NCBI GenBank assembly: GCA_037379345.1
Contig: CM074511.1
Span: 6,324,001 to 6,388,000 of the forward strand
DNA: 64,000 nt
Direction: 5' to 3'
Source of the DNA: Perna viridis
Taxonomy: Eukaryota
This document shows, piece by piece, positions 54,480-64,000 of this stretch. The notes below the pieces were generated by a model that saw only the letters and a list, made by a program, of their open reading frames with translations, had not been told where the DNA came from and did no database searches. The stretch's first letter is position 1, and every line of letters begins with the position of its first letter. A program made the translations under genes and the position numbers.

Positions 54480-56292
54480 GCTATATCACCCATTTCATAG
54501 TCCTAATGTCTTAACTGGAGACAATTTTACATCTAAAAAAAAAGAGTAAATGCTATGTATTTTTTAATCTCTCTACAGCTCTTAACGTGAACTTACTCGT
54601 CAGCCGTAAACTTAAAATAACTTCATGTATAATATACTCCATTTTATGAGAAAATAATATGTGAATACAGATGACTTCTTGTTTGAAATGTCTAATACGG
54701 CAAAACTGCATCCCATTGCTCTATATAACCGTTAAAATGCCTTCGTTAACTCAGTATGATTGCAGTTGTCATTACCGTTAATTAATGAATACTACTTCCA
54801 AATCACTGCTTCTTTACTGATGCTTCTTTAACAGAGTAGTAAGTGCATGTCTTTAGAGAAGGTTATATATTGGTTCTGTAATTTTATTGATAAATTTACT
54901 ACAGAGCGAGTGCTCGCAGTTAATCTCATGCTAGGGGCGAGATGAGAAAATTGTCATGTGTTGCACTCTGATAAATGGACTGTACCTAATCAGATAAACA
55001 GTCTAGACTTCAGGGAAATGATTTTTTTTCCAAAATAACTAACGAATATATACAGAGACTGGCTACTTATGTATCCACACTTGAGGCAGTCTTGATACAG
55101 ATCATTAAAAGCAAATCAATGATTACAAAAACTAAGATAAAACCTGATATTATTTCTTACCCTATATCATATAACTTGTATCACACCCGAGACCTATATC
55201 GCATACCCTATATATCGCAAACCTACTTGGAACACATTTGAAGAATAGTTAAAGTACATTATATAACGAATATGACACATCATGCCGTATCAACCCTTTA
55301 CCAATACCACCCAAAGGGTCACCGGCCAAAGTAATAAAGGAGTCTCGGGATGATATGGCATATGATACAGATGTACATGTAATATTCAGTATTTATCATA
55401 AAGTTATACTTGATACATGTATTTTTGAATATTTGAAAATACCGGATTTGAAAGTAAGTTTTATGTTGCGGTTATTGAACATGCATGGGCACAGTAGCAT
55501 GTACACATTCGTCATGAATGAGGCAGGTGATATTACCATAAATTGCGTCGAACTTACAACAGCGATCAGTACAAGTAATGCAATTGACAAAAACACCTAC
55601 AGATATACAAACGAATACTTCAAAGTGTCTTGGATTCAAATTTTCAATTAATTCAGATGCTTTGTTTGGAAATGAGACCATTAATATTTATAGTTATGAT
55701 AAGTGACAACATATTTGTTATTGTGTAAAACTTATTTTCATATTTACTTGTCCGAAACTATTTTGTCTAATTTTGTTGATATTTATACTTTAAAGGTTAA
55801 TTACATTGCTGTTTACTTAAAGCCATATGTATGTTATTAAATGGCATTTTGATAATAAGTACAAAACGTCAATTGAGATTTTACGAGAAAATGCAATATC
55901 ATAATTTTAGAGTGGTCCAATCCCTAAATCCCTTTGTTTGCTGATCCAAATGATTGCAGCTTGGTTCATTCATGTAGTTTGAATCAATGAATTTTTTTTT
56001 TTTGACGTCTTCTGTCAACGTAAAACGTGTTTTCCTGGCCATTTGGATTTATGGCGTTACATGAAATACCACGAAAACAGTCACCTACCAAACTGTTCTT
56101 TGTGCATTCGGACTACATAGGACTTTAAAAGTACTAGTATTTTCCTCTACAAATTACCGTTTATACTAGTTTGTTAATTAAGAAAACACTGCCCTGATTC
56201 CCTGTCGCTTTTGAAGAACTCAAAACAACTAATCAATCGAGTTAATGTCCATATAAGGAGATACAGTTACACGAGAACACTGGTTAATGGAT

Positions 56293-56363
56293 TATATTGA
56301 ACCTACTTTGAACGCTAGTATAACAAATTTTGTTATACTAGCGTTCAAAATAGGTTCAATATA
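56293..56363. repeat. 71-bp near-perfect palindrome
   Basis: TATATTGAACCTACTTTGAACGCTAGTATAACAAA-T-TTTGTTATACTAGCGTTCAAAATAGGTTCAATATA: 35-bp arms, 1 mismatch, 1-nt spacer. Confidence 0.95.
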
Positions 56364-57671
56364 TAAACAAATGTCCAGCAAGCATTGTTTTATAATGTCA
56401 AATTACACTTTTCTGTACAACAAGCTAATGTGCAATGTTTCATTTCCTGTGGTAAAGCCATAAGTTCGTAAAGCCATAAGTTGGTAAAGCCATAAGTGAT
56501 TTACTAGATGAAGTACCGATAAGTACGTACAGTAGTGTTAGAACTGCTTTTACTATAATAATAACTGCACTAAGCTTACCACTGTTATATACTCTGTCAG
56601 TTGTTTGTAATATATTGTTATTAACTTATAAAAACAGACCTGTCACATTGTGATGGCTGCGAGCATGTAGATTGTCGATAACATCCTATGAAGGAGAGTC
56701 ATATTGCTTATATATGACGTAAATGTCCTGGAAACCACAGGATTAAATCAAGTCTAGCACTATATCAGTGAGAAGGGATATACACCATGGTGATAAAGTT
56801 AAAGTCAATAAAACAATTTTTGCAGAATATTCATTACAGACTTATCTCTTTGAGCGTACTTTAAGTATAGTCAAGACCTGTATTCATTCATCTACAATCT
56901 GAAGTGTGTCTCGATTGTTAGCAGTTAATTAATAGTTACAAAATTATGTACGCCGTCTATAAATTCCAAAAATCATGATATTTGCATTGTCTGTCATGTG
57001 CACGTCCAGTCTTTAACGGCGTGATAGTTATTAAACTTGAAGTTACGTACTGCTCATGACTTCAGAAAGAAAAACAAATATTTCAATCGTTTTAGCTTGG
57101 TAACACACCCGAAAAGAGTGAATAGTTTTTTTTTCAAATGTTATGTTTCAGTTATGAACATGATTGTAATTGTTTATTTCCTATATTTACTGGACCACCA
57201 AGCTTGAGAGCGAAAAACTATTTTGGCGAATCAAATTTAAAAAGTTTATTGTCACGATCTGCTTCATTTTACCATTTCAAATGAATCTGACATTGCAGAG
57301 ACCACAACGCTGATGTCTCGGAAGTAAAATGCGTTATTCATTGTCAAAACTCAAAAGCGAGAACTTTCGTTTAACTTTCAGATAATTGTTGTCAGATAGT
57401 CAAAATACAACACTACGCCATTGTCCTGTTCTGGACAGTATGCTTAAAGCATGAGATTTCAAATATACACAAACGCAAATTAAAACCAGGGTTTCCTTGT
57501 GGACAATTTTCTTGGCTTTCAGGTAACAAAGCTAATACAAAGCTAAGTCAGTATTTCGTTGTGGTCAGTTTGCTTCAATCACGGGATTTAAGGTCAAAAT
57601 ACTGTAAAATACAAAACTTAGCCAATGCCCTTTTCTGGACAATTTGCTTGACTCGTGGAATTTCGGGTAAA

Positions 57672-58125
57672 AAAGAGTAATCAAGGGAACCATGATTCTA
57701 GCGGAATTCAAATGAATGTAATACAGGAACAAAGACCAGACACGGAAAACAGACACACATACATCAATGTTCACAGAATAACCAAAACAATACATACAAA
57801 GCAATAAAAGTAAATAAGCAAATCAGACTCCACTAAAAACTGGGAGAGTGGACCAGTATGGTAAGCGTTCTCTGCTTTTCTAGAAACACCAGCCGAGCTG
57901 CTAAAAAAAGTAAAGTCAGGGGTAGACGAAAGAGGAAATGAAAACTATGACACGTTGAACAAATCAGTCCTCATGGAGCAGATGGATACACCGCAACGAC
58001 CCACGAGTTCATGATGACGAAACATAACCTTATGTAGTGATGACTTATATCTTGTAGCAACATAACCCTGTTCCAGAAGCCTAACTGTTAGAAGTCTAGC
58101 GCGGTACAAAAACCGACTAAGGCAA
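57672..58125 (-). mobile_element. PLE family 1, about 450-bp diverged 3' fragment
   Basis: Encodes FLYRARLLTVRLLEQGYVATR...RTDLFNVS-stop plus the shared 3' UTR. Confidence 0.88.
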
Positions 58126-59373
58126 GTCGGTATCTTATTCTGGACAGTTTGCTTAACACACGGACTTTTAAGGTTATCAACAGGACAATCCATCTTGTCA
58201 TTTTATTATTGTTATTATTTTGTGTTTCTGTTGTTGATATGTAGGTATTTCCCTTATCTGTACAAGTATTATTATTGCACTTAGTAATATCATATTACTA
58301 CAGTGGAAAATTCACACCTGAAATGTTATATACCAAAAAAATCCATTGAAGTGTTGAAATTAAGGAAAATCCGGAATACTGGAAGGAATATGTTTCCATT
58401 AAGTTATTTCAACTGCAAAATGGAGAGAACATTATAGAATGCAGAGACGTTTGATCATTCACTTCAAAGAAACATGGCATTTTAATACCAAGCAATTTGG
58501 ATCGTGTTTATATTTTTTTTCTTCAACCAATCAAAATGAAGGTGTCAGAAATTGGCAAATTCAAAAGATATGATGAGAAATTCTAATATATACCATGGGG
58601 TAAACATATGATACAGCATGTATCATGACATTCATCATATCAAGACAATATGTTAGCTACGACCTTTCCTACATTGCTCGCCTAGGGTTTGGTGTGATAA
58701 TATATGGTAAGATGGGGATTAAACAATAGACGCCAGGATTTACAATCGAATATATCGTTATTATTATTATCATTGTTATTGGTGGTTGTACATCACAAGG
58801 ATCATATATTTCAACTGGTCAATGCATGTCGTTGAAATTAATGAACTGTCGGTTTCGGAATGAGTCTGTCTTATTCATGTTATATAGTTTTTGCTACCCA
58901 GTTTTAAAGGATAAGCTTGTGACATAAATGGTGAAATTTACCGATATCCAATCAAAGAAAATACTGGCACAGCATTTATTTCTATCGGTTGGGATGTAAT
59001 ATTTATTGTTATTTACCACTCAGAAAACGAAGAAATCACATGGCAATTTCAAAAAATGGACGTCATTTTTGTTTGTAATAAAACATTAGTCTGGAGAGAA
59101 ATAGTTTTATGAGATTTATATTCAGTTATCGTAGAAATAAGAAAACTTAGTTTTGGGGTTAAAATTTTCCCAATTGCAATTACAAGTTAACATTTTTTTT
59201 TAAAATTTAGCATTCAGTTTTTGAGAGTTTTTCAAACAAACAAAAATATCCGCAAGACAAAATTCATCCACTAATAAGTATCTTACTTCCGACACTAGTT
59301 ATCAAATGAATATAGTACTTGGTCATATAAAAACAGTTCTAAATTGTTTTCATAAAGAAAACATAAATTTTTA

Positions 59374-59710
59374 GTAGATCGTTATGGTGTATCCATCTGC
59401 ACCATGAAAACTGATTTATTCAACGGGTCATAGTTTTCCTTCCCCCGTTTGTCTACCCCGGACTTGACTTTTTATGAGCAACTCGGCGGGTGTTTCTAGA
59501 AAAGCAGAGAACGCTTACCCTACCAGTGCACCTGGTCCATGCTCCCAGTTTTTAGTGGAGTCCGAGTTGCTCATTTGCTTTTGTTACTTTGAATGTATGA
59601 TTTTAGTTACTTCATGCTCTTTGTTGTGTATGTCTGTTTTCCATGTCCGGTCTTTGTCCCTGAATTGCATTCTTTTGATTACCGCTATAACCTTGGTTCC
59701 CTTGATTACT
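59374..59710 (+). mobile_element. PLE family 1, about 335-bp 3' fragment on + strand
   Basis: Reverse complement of about 7702-8040: GATCGTTATGGTGTATCCATCTGCACCATGAAAACTG...CCTTGGTTCCCTTGATTACT. Confidence 0.9.
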
Positions 59711-61689
59711 ATTTTACCTTGGTTCCTTATCATGACTTATTGGTGAAAGAAATTATTTGTGGTAAAACTAACAGATATAACTATCAACCGAGGTGATTCG
59801 TTCATTATTTTCTTCAGCACTATTCTAAGTAATTATGGTTTGGTAAATAAGAGTAACAACAAAATTACCGAACATTAATCCGATCCATAATCAAGTTCAA
59901 AACGAATCTGGCAAAGTAGATATTACACCACCGTAGAAGCTAGTACAGCAATGATCCTGACTTGGTACAGATATTTCAAACGAAATGGTGGGTTAAGGTT
60001 ACAGACCACCAATTCAACCAATGAGCATTTGGAACGTACGCAAAAATAGTCCTACGCAGAAATTACCCCTGTTCCTCATAGTGCTGTGAAAAAAGTTCTC
60101 ATCTTATTTAAAAAATTGAAACAGTTTCTGAAAGGAAAAACATTTCTGTACATTTTATTGGTGCATTTTGCTTCTTGTGATGTGAAGCCTAATCTCCATA
60201 ATGATTTTTAAATATACCCCTGTCTTGTGAAAACACTGGGATTTCCTATGCTATTTATAGACCCTTCACTTCCGGTGACCAGTACTGCACTGCAAGTCTG
60301 CTAACCCCACATGCCATTCTGAGGATTGTGAGCTGACATATGTAGAATCATGCTGATATATAGTCCTCTGCAGGTTAAAGTTAAGGTAAAGTCCAGAGAA
60401 GCCATTGAATATTGTGAAATTAGCATAGAAGCCTATGGAAAGTGGAATTAGTGGTTTTTAGCCTTAAGGTAGTACAATACAGTTAGGTCATTTCTGAAAA
60501 TTTGGTCGCATTTTGTTGAAATAAAGCTGTTTTGAGGCAGTCCGCACAGAAATTTCTAGTGTTTTGTCATAAAAAGGTGCATATTTTTTTAAATTTCGGT
60601 GTGTGGAGATTCAAGTAATTTATAAGTAATTTAGTGATTATTGTTATAAAATCCAGTAGCCATGGTAACATACTGAAAAAAGTTACTGAGTTTTAGTACA
60701 AATCAGGGGTGCTTTCCAAAACTAACAGCCAATTATTAACTTTTATGAAAAATCAGGCATTTAGACACTACCACAGGATGCAAGTATGCATGGAGTAGAT
60801 GGAAAAAGGGTAAAAATAATAAGACCCTTCTCAATTCATTCTTTCACAATTTTAGTTCCAAAAGTTTGTGCGAAATAAGTTATTTTGAAAATCAGCCATC
60901 TGATGCTGAGGAGAGAACCTTATACGTTCCGGATACCATTCTTCCTTTAAATTACACCTGTTTACCATTACATATATATTTTATCTGTCTATGTATAAAT
61001 GCTTAACTACATTTAAACAATATATCCACCAAATTTCCACTTTTAATTTTAAGTTTTACAAAATTTGACGGGGTGTGCGAAACAGTGCGCCTTAATGAAA
61101 CTGTATAGTGCACCATAAATCTAGGTTTTACAGCGCTTAACCTCCCTTTTCCATTGCGGCGTGAATATGCCGGTGGTGATTGAATAGCATTTGCATGCCA
61201 TTGCGTCATAATAGATAAATCAGCGGTCACATCAATACAAAGAACAGTTTACAAAAACAATCATTGCTTATTATTTTAGAAGAAACTGAGTATTTTTCAA
61301 ATAAGGACTGATATCTAAACAAGAATTTGGTAGGAGACCTTTTGAGACACATTTCCTCATACCCCTGACAGTAGTTAGTACTTGTTCTAGCGTAGCGAAT
61401 CAATTGTGAAATATAAAAACCATATGCAGGAGATGGAGGTATATAGCTGCACAGGTAAGAAAAATTATGGTATTAAAATTGAAGTTGTCTCTTTTATCAT
61501 AAAGCTTAGTGTTGAGATGTATAAAAAAACAGAACAAGCTTCTTTATGTCGAGCTCTGGCGTATATATTTAAGGTAACCATTTACCAAAAGAAGTGTTGT
61601 TAATGGACAGTACATCATTAAAATATCTGCATGTAAAGTTACAGGCTTTAGCATCTTTTATATTTGTATTATTTACGAGATTCTGAAGA

Positions 61690-62710
61690 AATTCAATCTC
61701 GTATGAATATAAAATCAATCGGCTAGGAGAGGAGCTCAGTTAGTGCCAATTAGAATGGTAACTCGTTGAAAAATAACTCCTCAAAATGTGACAAATATGA
61801 TATCAATCAGGAAATCAAGCATGTCGCAAACCCGATTTTCTGTGTAGCACATTTTACCTTTCTGCGATGATTTAGAAAAATATGTGGATTTGTTGCCTAC
61901 AATATATCATTTTTTTCGAATCAGCAAAAGATTAACAAAGAAGTTCTTTCAAACGAGATTTTAATTTATCATATGGCAACGTAGTGTAAAGAGTTGAGAA
62001 GTCAAAAGTTTGGAGAGAATTAATTTTCCAAAAACCTGCGGAATTCTAGGCTTTGAATAAATCTTTTTAAGTATCCAGATATGATTAATGCCACTACGAG
62101 AGTAGGTGGTTTTGCAACTAGCTTGCTGTCCACTGCGGACAATATCTTTGTAAGATGAATTGACATGTCCTTCGTGGAGCAAGATGAAGATCCTGCAATA
62201 TACTATTTTTTGTATGGATTCTTATGAAGTTTGGAAATCCAGTACAATTAAGTCCTCACATTTTGTTTCGATATTGAGAGAAGGACTTATGCTTGTTTAG
62301 GATTTTATCTTTGTCATAAGCAGTGCCTTTGTCTGTGACATTACCTTGGGCGTTACTATCAATGCTCAATTCCCTAATAATGCAATTGATGTAATGGGCT
62401 TTACAAATAAGTACAATGTTGTTAGGTGCTTTGTCCGCAAGAATGATGTAATGAGTAAAAGCATTCAAGTGCCTCATGATCTTTGAATACGGACTTCGGT
62501 CTTTTATTGACACATTTCTCGAGATATATTTCCTTACCAGCGATTTCTCACTTTAGCCATGATCTGGCATAATCTTCAATAGCAACCATTATGGTTTTAA
62601 AATTAAGTTTCCAATTGAGGTTCTCTGAAATTTGGACCATGAGAAACTAATTTACGTAGGAGTTCATTCTCAGTCATATTCAAATTACCAGTGTGTTGAC
62701 ATTACCGAAA
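61690..62710 (-). pseudogene. Decayed RT of a second Penelope-like family
   Basis: Frameshifted remnants ADKAPNNIVLICKAHY, YWISKLHKNPY, AGSSSCS, SRSGINHIWILK, TFDFSTLYT and MLDFLID are collinear with the family 1 RT. Confidence 0.82.
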
Positions 62711-62859
62711 GAACAGAGAGGAGTTGCGTGTACTATAGTTCATAACTAAAAACAAAAATGCAGAATTGTCTAGAACTACTGCAGTTAATAATTCTAGAAT
62801 CTAGAACCATTTCTAGGCAATATGAAAAGTTGATTCAAGGAAATCTACACAAATTCAAA

Positions 62860-63160
62860 AGAAGCAGAAAAACAGAATAACAAAATCACATGAAGTCTAT
62901 ATTTAAAAAAGAAACACCAAAATATAAAAACAGAGAAGGACAGTTCGGAGAAATAGGAATCCAAAGACATGGCCGAAAACAGAAAACAGAGACAACCCAC
63001 AAACATAATGTAGACAACAGAATAAAATAAGACGATCCCACTAAAAACTATAGCATGTACAGTACGAATTCCTACAAAAGGAAACCGATGTAACACCAGG
63101 TGCTCCGGAAGGGTTTAGCATGTCCAGTGCCGCCAGCGACAACCGTCACATCGCAACTTG
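62860..63160 (-). mobile_element. PLE-type terminal region related to the family 1 3' end
   Basis: Minus strand reads GCT.AACCCTTCCGGAGCACCTGG...AGTTTTTAGTGGG followed by a GT-rich tail, homologous to family 1 GCTTACCCTACCGGTGCACCTGG...AGTTTTTAGTGGAG. Confidence 0.65.
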
Positions 63161-64000
63161 TGGTAAAAAATCCTGTGAGCCTCATGTTCGGTGGATAGTA
63201 CGTCCTGTGTCATCTAGGTAAAGTTCTAGGTATGGAACAGACGAATGTCATTTGAAGTATTCCGTGATTAGTCATTGCTAATGCATCATCGATATATTAG
63301 AGGCCTGGGCTAAAGTCGATTCGCTCTTTTCTGTATTAGTTTTGTAAAATCCTATCTTTAAACATTACAGAAACAGAAAAGCCAAAAGCGATGCACATTT
63401 TCCCCATAGGTATTTCAATGGTATGTTAGAACACCTGTCCTCCGAGGTCGACAAAAAAAAAAAAAAAAAAAAAAAACAATCGACCAGAAACATTTAACAT
63501 CAGTAATTTCTTGTTGCAATAAATGAAGTTATACACAAACAATCCGTTTCTAGTCCCTTGTGCTGTATAGAAATATCGGTGAAAAAAGATCATCCTGAAT
63601 TTATCAATGCTTGTTGTTTGGAAGTGTGGGGTGCAATAGAGAAAAATCGTAAGTTAATGGTAAGGCCAGTCAGAAAGAGGTACTCCTGCAGCCGTTTTGA
63701 TTTTTACGCCTATTGCAGAGTAAGCTTAACACAGTAACTCTTGAGACCATCCTTCATAGCTGTGAATAAATTAGTAATGAGTTTTGAAAGGGGGTTTAGT
63801 TGTGCACTTGGCAGACCAAGCAATATTCCACTGTTTACAAGGACGCTCGTGAAAATGTCTATCCAATAAATGAAAGGAGAGCGTTATTTTCAATAACCAA
63901 AGAACATGTAATACCAAGGAAGTTAAAACGGAGACGTGATTGTCACTTATATCATTTATCTTGGGTTTTGTGCAGAGTGTTAGGTTGTCAATGACTTGTC

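Noticed and set aside
59470-59580. PLE 3' hairpin as a SECIS element
   Set aside because: Its ATGA pairs Watson-Crick with TCAT; there is no GA/GA quartet or correctly spaced AAR loop.

Overview
AT-rich eukaryotic genomic DNA with spliced genes and dense interspersed repeats. The repeat types suggest a bivalve mollusc (Mytilus-like), which is an inference. Two minus-strand genes are supported. (1) A complete 7-coding-exon alpha-arrestin (ARRDC-like) gene at 54479-42526; all introns are GT..AG, phases are consistent, and the CDS is 1758 nt (585 aa). (2) The first coding exon (SH3 domain) of a PI3-kinase p85-type regulatory subunit gene at 31216-30964, followed by more than 30 kb with no recognisable further exon. 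The rest is intronic or intergenic. It holds at least 8 variably 5'-truncated copies of one Penelope-like retroelement family, whose RT ORF has no C-terminal endonuclease and whose 3' end can fold into a multibranch RNA structure. It also holds a decayed second PLE family, Helentron/HINE-like elements with internal tandem arrays, several minisatellites, a 71-bp near-perfect palindrome, many TACATGTA motifs resembling excision footprints, and a CpG-poor to CpG-rich transition near 38.5 kb. Most short ORFs in the supplied track are spurious. I cannot demonstrate a wholly new system; the best leads are the structured PLE 3' RNA motif and the footprint signal.
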